DNA of 64,000 nucleotides from Octopus vulgaris (Eukaryota): assembly GCA_951406725.2 (NCBI GenBank), contig OX597819.1, positions 42,780,001-42,844,000 on the forward strand, in the 5' to 3' direction. Within the stretch, counting starts at the first letter, position 1, and the number at the start of each line of letters is the position of its first letter. A program made the translations under genes and the position numbers. Below the pieces are notes generated by a model. It was not told where the DNA came from and made no database searches. It saw only the letters and a program-made list of their open reading frames with translations. This document shows, piece by piece, positions 38,985-52,332 of the stretch.

Positions 38985-39610
38985 ATGATCATCATCATCA
39001 TTAAGTGTCTGCTTTCCATGCTGGCATGGGATAGGTGGTTTGACGGAAAGTGGTAATATGGAGAGCTGCACCGGGTTCCAATCTAAGTTGACATAGTTTC
39101 TACAGCTGGATGCTCTTCCTAATGCCAACCACTCCAAGAGTGTAGTAGGTGCTTATTACATGCCACCAGCACAGGTGCCATTTACGTGCCATCAGTACAG
39201 GTGCCAGTTATGTGCCAGTTATGTGCCACCAGCACAGGTGCCAGTTATGTGCCACCAGCACAGGTGCCAGTAACGTGCCACCAGTACAGGTACCAGTTAC
39301 ATGACATTGGCATTGGCCACAGGTACAATTCCACTTGACTTGACGAGTCTTCTCAAGCATGGCATATCACCAAAGGTTACTTATCACTTCCATGAGGTCC
39401 AAAGTTCAAAGGGGGGCTTTTTACATGCTACTGGTACGGGTGCCTGTTACGTGATACCAGCATCAACCATGACTATGATTTCACTTGGCTTGATGGGTCT
39501 TCTCAAGCACAACATATCGCCAAAGGTCTCAGTCACTTATTACCTCAGTGATGCCCAACATTTGAAGAGTGTTTTTTTACATGCCACCAGCATCAGCTAT
39601 GATTATGACA
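38985..39610 (-). mobile_element. Dispersed retroposon family E with (GAT)n tail and internal 26-bp tandem repeats
   Basis: TTTCCATGCTGGCATGGG...GCTGGATGC.CTTCCTAATGCCAACC is shared with 12970-13146 (+), 45540-45715 (-) and 56170-56365 (+). TGCCACCAGCACAGGTGCCAGTTATG is repeated about 5 times at 39161-39300. Confidence 0.7.
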
Positions 39611-42188
39611 TGGTATGGTAGGTGTGAGAAGCTGGACCTAGCCAGTTTGAACATAAAACAGGTAGAATATTTGAGTGAGATATGGCCAGTTTGAATGCTT
39701 AAGTGTTAAATGTATCGATGTTTTGCAGGAGGAGATGATAGCGGCAGTGAAGAAGTACAGAGTGAAGAAAATACCATCAACTGAAGGCAGAAAGTACTTA
39801 TCGCAGGGATAGAAAGCAAAGAAGATATAGAAAGGAACAGTTATGTCAAGAGATCAGGATACTGAGAGCCACAGTGTTGAGAAAGGATGGCAATATCTTG
39901 TGTTGCAGACATATCTTGCTATCATGGTAAAATAGATATTAAAACAAAAATAATACTGATGATGAGAGCGGTGATGATGATGGCAATGTTAATGAAATAA
40001 AAGAAAAGAAAAAAGACAAAAACAAACAATAAATCAGAACTTTGTCTTAATTTTTCCTTTCTTTCAGCTAGTCTTTAAGATGAAATGTTACATCCATTGC
40101 TTGAGACTACAAACCCAATCTAATCCTACACTAACTATTTTTTTCTGAGAAGTCTTGTAATGGATGGTGGTGCAGAGGTGAGTTTTGTTTAGCCATTATT
40201 ACACAAGGATCGTCTCTGAAACTAAAATGTCAGCAACACACAAATAGTAGGTTAATTTAAAGCATCTTTGCACATCTTTACATTGCAGCTGCTACGCAAG
40301 AAGAGAAATGTTGGGAGGGGAGGTGAAAGCGAAAGTGAAAGTACAGCCGGCCAATAGCATTTAAACAATCCTGCGGCACTAATGGAGAATTACATCAGTG
40401 TAATCTGGTTGCACTGGACATTATTCCTGACCTCTTCTTGTTTAACGGCAAGAGACTTTCTAAGCAGCATGGTAAAAACCTATATAATATTCTAAAATGG
40501 CGTGAGATAGGTGTCTTATGTTGAACCAGTCTCCTGGTAGTTAAGGTGTCATCTTCCACCACAAAATCAGGAAATGATCAACTCCTACTGGATTTTATTA
40601 TCAGCAATGAGACAGATAATATGCTAACAAGCAAAAGGATGATAAGATGGACACAATGAGAAGTGTGTGTGTATAAGAGAGGGAAAGAGAGAAACAATAA
40701 AAGAGAATGCGACTGTAAATCCATAATACACAGAAGAAAATAAATCAAAATGACAAAAAAAAACAAAAAAAACCTCTGTCTAGCAAAAACACATTTGCAT
40801 TCACAAGGCTGATGACATTTCATTTCATACAAACAAAAGAAGAATCAGTCATAAGAGAATGACAATGAACTCCATATGTTCTCATTCTTGAAACGAAAAT
40901 CTAGCTCAGAAATACGGCTTATAATACTATTTTACACACATACAGGTATGATTGATTGATTGATTCTAGTTTCAGCTTATGAGCTGTGGCCATGCTGGGG
41001 CACCGCCATTTGATGTATAATATGATGTATAATATAACTCTAGTATTTGTGGTCGGTAATACACTGTTCTTTATTCACACAAATAACTGCACCCCTGCTC
41101 TTTCTCTCTCCCTCCCTCTCTCTCATACACACACACACATACTGTCCAACATGATTATTTAAAAACAAATACAATTTACTATCAATATCTGATGAAATAA
41201 AAAGAATTTGAATTGATTCTTTTGGAGTAAAGGAAGGGTTAATGATGAGTGGGTAACACTAAATTTTTGTATTCCCTTAGTAGTGGTGGGGGTGTAACTA
41301 AAATGGAACTACAGGGCTGGTTGTACAGATGAACTACAAACATACTGTAATACAATGCAATGCAATATATATCTAGTGGTGGTGGTATTAGCAGTGGTGG
41401 TGAGGCTGAAGAGCCATCTCCTCCCTCCCTCCTTCCTGCCATCATCCACTTGTAATTACACTAATTTAAGATATAAACAGATAAGGGAAAGTTGACTGAG
41501 ATAAATGGCTATTTTAATATGAAGGAATCTGATTTTGTGATGAAGCGATAATTTCATATTTTTTCGCCCCCACAAAAAAACAAAACAATAACAAACAACG
41601 ATAACAATAACAAGAAGAAGAATAAGAACACCAATAGCATTATCATAAAAGAAAAATTGGAATGTTAAAGTTTTATGGTAATTGTTGGTTTAAAAAAAAA
41701 AAGTCCACCTTCCTCTCTCACCAAAAACTATGATGTAGTATATATAGTTAAGTAAAGAGAAAGGAGAGGATTAGAGAGAGAGAGAGAGGGGGAGGGAGGG
41801 AGTTGATAGACTTGGCTAATGGTTGGAGTTGAGTGAGGAGGAAGAGGGTGAGGAACTTGTTTAATCGGTTAAATCCATGTGTCTGTAAAAGATATGGTAA
41901 CAAATAAGGGATTAGAGAAAGAGAAACTATAAGTGCAGATAGTGATTTGGAGAAAGAGCAGAAAAGGTAAAGTATTTGAAGAGAGAGAGAGAGAGAATAT
42001 GCAAAACGAGAAAGAACTGGGGAAAATATATAGTTAAATAGATGAGGAAACAGTGTATGGGTATGAGAGGGAAGTGAAAACAAGTGGTGGTGGTGGTGGT
42101 GGGAGGAACATTAGACAGACTAATGCATGCAGACACTCAGGCAGACACCAGAGGCAGAATGGAAACTGTAATGAGACTGGGATAAAAA

Positions 42189-42231
<43 letters not shown>

Positions 42232-42394
42232 GATGGAACACATAGAATAAAGATAATTAAACCAATGAAGGACTATCATAAAAAAGAAATTGGAGAGATT
42301 ATTAAATAAACAACAACAGCGATAATAAATAACAATAATAATAATTATGCTGCTGCTGCTGCTACTGCTACTAGGACAATGGATTGGTGGAATC

Positions 42395-43662
42395 ATTAGA
42401 CTGGTGAAATCAGAAATGCTTTGCAGCATTTGTTTGGCTCTTTAAATCCAGAGTTCAAATCCCACACAGGCCACCTTTGCTTTTCATCCTTTTGGGAGCC
42501 GATAGGATAAGAAAATCCAGACAACTACTAGAGTTGATGCAATTGGCTAGCACCCTTCCAACTTTGCCATTCATTTTCTGGAGTTAATAGAGTAGAAGAA
42601 ACAAACAAGTACTGGGGGTTAGTGCAATCGACTTCATCCTTCCACTCAAAATTGCTGGCCTTGTGCGAAAAATTGAAAAGGATTATTATTTTTATTATCC
42701 TCATCAAGGCGGCGAGCTGGTAGAATTGTCAGCATGCCGGATGAAATGCTTAGCAGCATTTTATCTGTCTGCATGCGCTGAGTTCAAATTCTGCCACGGT
42801 CGACGAAATGAGTACCAGTTACACACTGGGGTTAATGAAATAGACTCTCCCCCTCCTCCAAATTGCAGGCTTTGTGCCTCCAATGGAAAGGATTACTATT
42901 ATTATTATTATTATTATTATTACCGCAATGGCAACAGACGAGGGAGACATTAGAGAGACAGGTTATTAAAGAAAAGAAAAAGGAATGATCATACTACTAA
43001 AACAATACCAATAATGATTCCCTTTAATAATAATAATGATGATGATGATGATGATGATTCCAAATTTGGGTACAAAGCCAGTAATTTGGGAGGAGGGGAT
43101 AGTCCCCAGTATTCCACTACTACTTATTTTATCGACCCTGAAAAGATAAAAGGCAAAGTTGACCACAGCAAAATTTGAACTCAGAAAGTAAAAACAGATG
43201 AAATATCACTAAGCACCTTGCCCCAGCATGCTAATGATTCTGCCAGCTCAATGCTTTAGTAGTAGTACTACTACTACTAATAATAATGAATAAATAGTAG
43301 AAGAGTGCCATAGTTATCATGTGAAATGTCGTTCAACCAATTTCACATGATAACGATGGCACTCTCCTACTTTTTATTTCTGTATAAATAATTTCTGGAG
43401 GAGTTACCTCAGTCCTATATAATCTTAAAAATAATCCTTTCTACTATAGGCACAAGGCCTGAAATTTTGGGAGGGAAGGGGCCAGTTGATTAGATCGACC
43501 CCCCAGTACGCAACTGGTACTTAATCTATCGAACCCCCAACCTCCCAAAAGGATGAAAGGCAAAGTCAACCTCAGCGGAATTTTAACCCAGAATGTAGCA
43601 ATGGGTGAAACAACGCTAAGCATTTCGTCTAGTGTGCTAATGATTCTGCCAGTTTGCCGCCT
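42395..43662. mobile_element. Cluster of family B SINEs: plus copies at about 42395-42900, minus copies at 43058-43255 and 43435-43662
   Basis: Family B motifs in both orientations within 1.3 kb, flanked by (TAA)n. Confidence 0.8.
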
Positions 43663-43709
43663 TAATAATAATAATAATAATAATGATAATAATAATAATG
43701 ATAATAATG

Positions 43710-43747
<38 letters not shown>

Positions 43748-45104
43748 CAACAACAATGAAGAAGAAAGCTGGATTTATGCTAGTGAAAGCATAATTATGT
43801 CCAGGAACATTAAAAAAAATGCCCAACTTCAAAGTGTAGTCAGCAATTAGTTTTGTAAAAGAGGTCAGTTAATGATGTTCTGATCCAGGACAACCATCAA
43901 CTCAAGACCCAACAATCAAGATTATCTTGATTAGAATCAAATGTATGCAAATAAGGTAATAAAATCCCCCCTCCCACACACACACACACATAGTACCACC
44001 ACCACCACCACTACCATCATCCTATACAACAGCAATGATGATGATGGTGATGATGGTGGTGGTGATGATGATGATGATAGTGTTATGCCACACCACATCT
44101 TCAACCTAATAACTCTTCAGTTAGTCTGTGTTGTCTTTTGTACCTCGCTTTCCCCTTTGCATCGTCCAGTGAAGATCACCACAACTACCACAACAACAAC
44201 AACAACAACAACCACAACCACCACAGCCACAAGCGTCACCACCACTACCACCACCACCACCACCAATTTATACATTCCCTACCATTTCCCAATAGTTTTG
44301 TTCCAGACAGCATGAAAAGAAATTGAGAGATAAATAGAGAGAAGGGAGGAGAAGAGAGAGAAAGAGAGAGAGAGAGGTGTGAAGATAGATTTTTCAGCAA
44401 ATTAGAAAGATAGAAGCAGAGAGAGGGGGGGTGAGAGGCAAATGAAAGGATAAGAGATATTGAGTGCAGAGGAGTTGGAGCGGGAGGGGGGGGGGGAGAG
44501 ATAAAAATTTCATCAAATTAGATAGAATGGAGAGAAAAGGATAGAAAAAAGCAAGCAATTTTGTGTGTGTATGTGTGTGTGTGGGAGATCTTCTAATTAA
44601 GTTATGAACTAAATTCCACACCACTTTCTGTCTAAACTTTACTCTCACTGCATCTCTTTCGCTTTCTCACAACACACACTCAGAGAGAGAGAGAGAGAGG
44701 GGGGGAGTGAATAAAGCAGTAAAGAAAAAGTGAGTAGAGTCAGAGTGAAGTGAGTGCAACACTGGATTGAGTGAGAGGGTGAAAAAAAAAAATGGGGGAA
44801 GAGAAGTGAGTGAGTGGTGGAGTGAGTGAATGAGAGCAAACTGAAGATGTGCAACAAGTCACTTGACAGTTCACAACAGAGAAACAAATATTTCTTCAAG
44901 AAACTTAACTGACACATATATGGCCTAAACCTATCAACCAGAAATATCCAGAGAAGGAACAGACATGGAATGGACTTACACACACACACAGAGTGATATG
45001 CCGGCTAATTGATTCCACAGCATGAAACTAACAGGAGCTCGTTTTTTAAGTACTGTGCATAGTAAATAATATACATACATACATACATACACACACATAT
45101 ACAT

Positions 45105-45258
45105 AGGCGTAGGAGTGGCTGTGTGGTAAGTAGCTTGCTTACCAACCACATGGTTCCGGATTCAATCCCACTGCGTCTTCTACTATAGCCTCGGGCTGAC
45201 CAAAGCCTTGTGGGTGGATTTGGTAGACGGAAACTGAAAGAAGCCCATCGTATATATG

Positions 45259-45289
<31 letters not shown>

Positions 45290-45512
45290 GTGTGTGTGCA
45301 TATGTTTGTGTATCTGTGTTTGTCTCACCACCATCGCTTGACAACCGATGTTGGTGTGTTTACGTCCCCGTAACTTAGCGGTTCGGCAAAAGAGACCGAT
45401 AGAATAAGTACTAGGCTTACAAAGAATATAAGTCCTGGGGTCGATTTGCTCGACTAAAGGTGGTGCTCCAGTATGGCCACAGTCAAATGACTGAAACAAG
45501 TAAAAGAGTAAA
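45105..45512 (+). mobile_element. Family A SINE, plus orientation, young
   Basis: GGAGTGGCTGTGTGGTAAGTAGCTTGC head through to a GAAACAAGTAAAAGAGTAA tail. Confidence 0.9.
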
Positions 45513-45714
45513 CACATATACATATACACACACATTCATAATCATCATTTAACATCCATGTTCCAGATTGGCAGGGTTGGATGGGTGTCTAAGAATTGCA
45601 TTGTGGTCTGGTGTTTGCTTTGGCATGGTTTCTATGGCTGGATGCACATCCTAATGCCAACCCCTTTACAGAGGTAGAGTGCTTTTTCCATGCTACAAGC
45701 ATTAGTAAGGTTAC

Positions 45715-45746
<32 letters not shown>

Positions 45747-48059
45747 CACATATATCGTCATATATATATATGTATGCACAACCTGCATATATAGACCTTC
45801 ATATATCTATGTATGTGTATGGTAAATTAATTTTCAATAGAAAACCCACTTAAAATTCAAAATAAAAATGTTTAGTCAAATAATTTTATTCAAATTTAGG
45901 ATTAACCATTGTTCACACTATAACTGTCAGTTTCATCATCTCCTGAGATCATCAGGTAATAATAAATCAAGCATTTGAACTTTACACACACACACACACA
46001 CACACCAAACTCGTATGACATGAAAAGAATCAAATAGGTGAAGCAATCAGATACTTCTTATTCTCCATCAGGGGTCATTTGTGTTTGAATCTACTTAATT
46101 TAGAACACACACAATCAATCAATCAATCATTGTCTTTGTCATTTGAACATTTGCTTCTCCATGCTTGCATGGGTTAAATGAAACTCACTGAAGTAGATTT
46201 TGTACAGCCAGATGCTGTTCCTGCCACCAACCCTCACCAGTCTTCAGCCAAACTAATGTTTCTTCCTGGCTGGACATTTTCATAGAAGATTGGAAGCGAA
46301 GGACATTGTTTGTATAGGAATGCTACTCATTTACAGCTAACAAATCATGTCAAAATAAGAACACAAACAAATCAAATATAAAAACACAAACAACAAAAGC
46401 CAAAAGGAAAAATACACAGTAAACACATTAGATTGATGCTCAGTTTAAGATGGAAAAAAAAAGAGGGGGTGTGACATTTCAAGCATAGTTCTTTGTCAGA
46501 ATGAGGAAAGGTCCAGAGAGAGGGAAAAGAATAGTCCAAGAAAAGCACGTGTGTGGTTACATACACACACAAACACACATATACATACATGCACACACAC
46601 ATACATATGTACAAAGAATGGGCCTCTTTCAGTTTCCACCTAATCAATCAACTCCCAAGGCTTTTATCGGTAGGGCTATAGTATAAGATACTTGCCTAAG
46701 GTGCCATGCTTATGTTCTTGTATTCAAGAACATAATGTACAGACTGGTCCATGGATCAAAATCACAATCTAACAATTGTGATTACAACAGACCAACCACA
46801 AGACTACATGCCTTCACTAGAGGTGATTTAAAAACAATAGATATTTAAACAATTTATAGTAGAAACTGACAGCAACTGAACAAGCTATCTGTGATATAGT
46901 GAAGGTTTTGGCCACTCTATGTAGTAGCTGAATTAGCTGCCCCCACAATAATATAAGTCACCTCCCTGTGTGGTCAACACACCTCATGCACCACACTGAT
47001 CTATTGCTCTTTATAAAGCCATATTATTGATAATAGCTCTGCAATAATATGGAATAAATTAATAAAATACTGCTTGGATAATACAGTATTTTTTGTATCT
47101 TAGACTGATATTAAGAAACTAGTGTCAGTAGCTAAACAAAATAATGTGTTTTAAGACAGGATACACTGTAGCTCTATTTCCCCCAGCTTGTCTTATGAGA
47201 AAAAAAAAAGCAGTCATATCTTTCATAAAGTGGTTTGTACTGGAACAAATATTTATCTATGAAATATTATTTAATTTAACAAGGACAGTGGCTGTGAAGG
47301 TCAAGTTAAGGTGCTGGTCTGATGAAAACAATGCTATGATCTCAATTAGAAATGTTAAGCTTAGATGTATTAGGGTGCATATTATACTTACTTCCTGGTA
47401 ATATGAAGGGCATTCAGCCACACATATACACACACAATCATTCACAAAAACACTTCTAAATGTTTTACAATTCATATACATATAATGATGTTTGTCAAGA
47501 CAACAAACGTGCCAAGTTAAACATTCTATAACATACTGACATTCATGCCAAGATGTAAATGAATAAAAAAAGGAACAAAATATGGAGGACAGAGAAAAAA
47601 AAAGGAATCATTTTAGTAACAAGGAGACACATGGATACAGGCATGGAATTTTGCTTCATGACCATGTGATTCTGGGTTTGATTCCACAGTATGGCATCTT
47701 GAGCTGGTGACTTTCACCACAGCTTCAAGTTAATTGATGCCTCATAAATGAAATTCAGTAGACAAAAAGCAGTATGGAAACCTTCTGCATATATATATGC
47801 CTTTGTATAATGATACATATACATAATATATATTAGCAACAAAGGAAGTATTAATACCGAGATATAATATTTATATCTCCAGTTGAGCACAGATGTTCTG
47901 TTGGAACAAACTATACTGTGGTAGATACCATGAGAGAACTCACATATTGACTTTTGGTGCAAAATACACTTTTGTTTAGGTGTATCTTTGCATGATGTTT
48001 ATTTGCCACAAATATGTATACATCAATGAGAAAAGTAAGAAGAATGATAAAGCATTGCT

Positions 48060-48287
48060 TTAACCCTTACATTACCAACCCAGCTGAAACCGGCTCTGGC
48101 TCTGAGTACAAATGTCTTGTTTTCATAAGTTTTGAATTAAAATCTTCCACCAAACCTTATTCACAATTTATGTTCCTAACACTAGCTTAATGATAACTAA
48201 GTTATTTTACTAAATTCTTTGTTATATTTAAAGTAATTGAAAGAAACACAGAGCATCTCTAAATAAATACGGTAATGAAAGGGTTAA
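48060..48287. mobile_element. piggyBac-type MITE, family P2, about 35 nt from a TCF donor site
   Basis: TTAA-CCCTTACATTACC ... GGTAATGAAAGGG-TTAA. Confidence 0.88.
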
Positions 48288-48322
48288 AATTAAAAAAAGA
48301 AGAAAAGTAGTAGATTGTTTAC

Positions 48323-48443
48323 CTGTTTTTGGATCGATATGTACAGGTGGAATTCCCATATGAGCTGGAGGAGGTTGACTGTAATCATTATTATACATCA
48401 TGAGGCTGGCCAGTGGCGGCTGGACCATTGACATCTTACCCCC
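48323..48443 (-). CDS. TCF: TCF/LEF (pangolin-like) internal coding exon, 121 nt, phase 0 to 1
   Basis: Acceptor TTTCATTTCTTTCAG|GGG and donor ACAG|GTAAAC. Encodes GGKMSMVQPPLASLMMYNNDYSQPPPAHMGIPPVHIDPKT(G). PPPAHMGIPP..DPKTG matches the recalled protostome TCF/pangolin central motif (vertebrate ...YSNEHF...DPKTG). Confidence 0.93.
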
Positions 48444-49399
48444 CTGAAAGAAATGAAAAGAAGTGGTTAGCAAATGTTGGACAGCAAATAACATAAGATC
48501 AGATGTGGTAAACAAGCCACAGTAAACTGTATAGAAACAAAACAAAACAAAACTACCCCTTCCCCACCTCCAAACAGAAAAAAAAAAAAAAAGGCAATAC
48601 ACTCTGAAAATAAATACATTGAAATACATAAAGCGAGTGAACTAAACAAGAAATTATTGCACATTTAAAGGCAAACGCCTTTATATATATTAAAATTGGT
48701 TGAAAATATCTTCACGGAGCATGTAATTTGTAAGATTTTGAAAATCTCAAGAGGAAAAAGAAATGAAGTATAAAATATCACGCAGAGTTTAGAATTTTCA
48801 GTTTAACAAGTCATACAGAAGAGTTAATTAAAACAGAGCAACTTTTAAGATATTAATAACGATTTAAATTTAAAGTAGATCTTATATGTGTGTGTGTGTG
48901 TGTGTGGGTATGCATGTGTTTTCGGTCAAGGATAGCTACATTTCTAGTTCTAGTTTTTTTTAATATATTTTTCATAAATTTTTTTTTTCCCATGTTTTCT
49001 TTTCTTAAACAAAACATGTGTTAGATTTTACTTATACAAACACATATCCAGATATCACAGACATTCTTTATCACATGTTAAAGAAAAAAAAAAAAAAATT
49101 AAAATAAGAATAAAGTGTCTGAATATGTACATATCCTGTTCTTTTGATTAAAAACTTTTTGTTTCTTAAAATTTAAGACATGAATACTTTTCTGTATTCA
49201 CATCTTGAATTAGCAAAATAGCAGCAGCAGCAGTAGCAGTAGTAGTAGTAGTAGCAGCAAGGAATAATTTTGAAGCAACTTTAATAATTCTTGGTAAGAA
49301 TGAGTAAGCATAACTGAGAGGGCAACTACAGATGAAGTATTATATATGCTTGTTTATGGTTGTCCAATGAAACCTATGGCAACTGAGTAATATAATGCA

Positions 49400-49431
<32 letters not shown>

Positions 49432-52002
49432 AGAGAGAAACTAGTATGAATGAATATATATATATATTTATATGTATGTAAGTATGATGTGTATATCTGT
49501 ATATTTAAATGCTTTTCTTAATAAAGATACATCATTAAGGACCATGATGAAGTCACACTGACATTCAATATTGGGTGCAGTGTTCCTTACAGCAGAAACG
49601 GCTGTAAGCTAATGAATGTAATTATGAAATGCCTGTTCTTTTGTCATTTATTAATTAATATTACATACACACACACACACACACACATGACAGTGTTGTT
49701 TCCTGTAATTAAATGCTATTTAATACAGCAAACAATATGCGCACAAACAAGAAAGTAGGCAACTATTTTGTAGTTTGTAATGCTACTGAGAGATGATATA
49801 ATACCACTCTGTCTATCTTCACTTTTAAAAATGAAATTAAATTAAAGAGTATCTAGAGAGACTTTTCTCACAGAACGATGTAGAGCCCCATGGGGGTATG
49901 AAAGGAAGTGAGTGGGGTGGAATTACCATGTTTAATAAAATTAGATACTTCTTAAACTTGTCCAACAGCAAAGATAGAGTTATATGGATGAAGACTATCG
50001 TGTCTTCTCATTATTAAAGATGGAAAGTAAGATGGCGAGCTGGCAGAATTGCTAGCACACTGGGCAAAATGCTTAGCAACTCTTAAGTCAGTCTTTATGT
50101 TCTGAGTTCAAGTTCCACTGGGGTTCACTTTGGTTTTCATCCGTTTGGGGGTTGATAAAATAAGCACCATTTAAATACTAGGGTTGATGTAATCAATGAG
50201 GTTCCCTTATGCCGAAATTTGAAACCATTAAACCATTATTAAAGAGGGGAAAGAAAGGTGAGGGGGGGGGGGGCTTCGCTGATTGTTTGAAAATTACTGA
50301 TTTGAGGTAACGAAGAATGATTAAACATTTGTATTTTATTCATCACCACCACCAATTATTGCGAAACCAAACTGAGGGGTGGAGGAAGAATTGTCTGTAA
50401 AAATTTGTCGCTCCCCCCCATCCCCTCTCCAACACCTACAACTACCATTCCTTTCTTTTGCACACCCATGTGTGGTATATTATGGCTTAGACATATTTGT
50501 CTGTCTGTTTATATATCAAATCCAATTTAGACAGAGAAAAATCAAACATAATAAATAAAATAAAATAAATAAATAAATAAAAAAACAGTTCACTGAATCA
50601 CTTATGTGAATGTATGAGTATTTTATTGAATTATATACATGGGCAGAAATCCGCCTCCATACACACACACACATATATATATACATACATACATACACAC
50701 AATATACATTACATAGATGAGCGTGCCCACGCATGCACACACACAGAGCACTAATCATACAATAGGCAATATGATAAAGTAACAAGTAGGATATATATAT
50801 ATATAAATATATATATACATACATAGAGAGAGAGAGGTCATATTAGATTAGAGGATAGAGGAGAAGTATTAGTAAATAATATAGAGAGGATATATTGTTT
50901 AGCGAAAGAGTCCAAGTCAAGTGACAGAGTTCATTGTTGAATATAGCTGAGAAGTCAGAAGGAGAAATGTTTGATATCAATAAAACTTATTCTCTAAAGA
51001 ACTGCCAGCAATTTTTTTTTCCTTTTTAATACAATGCTAAAGAAATAAAATTTGCAATTCTGAAAAATACATACATACACACACACACATACATATATTG
51101 TTACTAGTGTTACCAGGGGGAAATATGCAATAAATAAATAAATAAATGAATAAAATGAAATAGAAGACAAAGTATGGGAGCCATTCATGGTTATAGCCAA
51201 CCATTGCCTCCAATAATATCAGGTAGATGCAGTCTGGTAGAACTGGTGCAACAAATATGTCATCCACCTTTTTTTTCTTTCTGTTATATACAGTATTGTA
51301 AAGGTGTTTTGCTAATTTCCAGCTCTCCAGTTTGCTGTGGAACTGTGGTGGCAATGGTGGTAGTAGTAGTAGTAAAAGGAGGAGGAGCTAATAATTATTT
51401 TATTAAATATTTGGCACAAGGCCAACATGTTTGAGGGGAGGGGCAAGTCAGTTGCATCAACCCTGATGCACAGCTTGTGCTTATTTCATCGATCCCTACC
51501 ATAACTGTGACCACCGCCGCCACCGCCACCAAAAGAATGAAAGGCAAAGTTGAGCTTGGTGCCATCACAACTCCGTAGTAATTAATAATTATGGTATACA
51601 TTGGTGACAGCGAGCTTGGCAGAACTGTTAGCACACCAAGCAAAAATGTGTCTTTACATTTTGAGTTCAAATTCCAGCAAGGTTGAATTTTCCCTTCATC
51701 CTTTTGGGCGCTGGGGTCAATGTAATCGATTAACCCCATTCCTCCGGAATTGCTGGCCTTATATCAAAATTTGAAACTAATAATTGTGAGATACGTTGCA
51801 TTTCTCCTTTTGAATACAAAACTGAAGAGACACCCCCCACCACCAATCCTGATTCCAGAAAAGGTAAGTGAACACTGTAGTGTATGTGTGTGTGTGTGTG
51901 TATGTGTGTGTACATGTGCACACATGCGCTGTGTGGTTTTAAGTTTGGTTTTCTATCATGTAGTTTGGTGGGGTTCAAATCCTTGGTGCAGTGCCTTCAG
52001 AA

Positions 52003-52225
52003 AGGCAGTGAGCTGACAGAAACGTTAGCATGCTGGGCAAAATGCTTAGCAGTATTTCGTCTGAGTTCTGAGTTCAAATTCCGCCAAGATCAAGTTTGCC
52101 TTTCATCCTTTTGGGGTCGATAAATAAAGTACCAGTTACACACTGGAGTCGATATAATCGACTAAATCCCTTTGTCCTTGTTTGTCCCCTTTATGTTTAG
52201 CCCCTAGTGGGCAATAAAGAAATAA
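52003..52225 (+). mobile_element. Family B SINE, alternative-tail subfamily
   Basis: Same 3' tail as the copies at 15456 and 21983. Other family B copies lie at about 50033-50228 and 51410-51780. Confidence 0.85.
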
Positions 52226-52332
52226 GAAAGTAGCTTTCTAGTATAACTCTGTGCCAACCAATAAGCTGAAAGAATCATGTTGCTTGTGCATGTGTATGTA
52301 TGAGTGTGTGTGTGTGTCTGTGAGACATGTAT

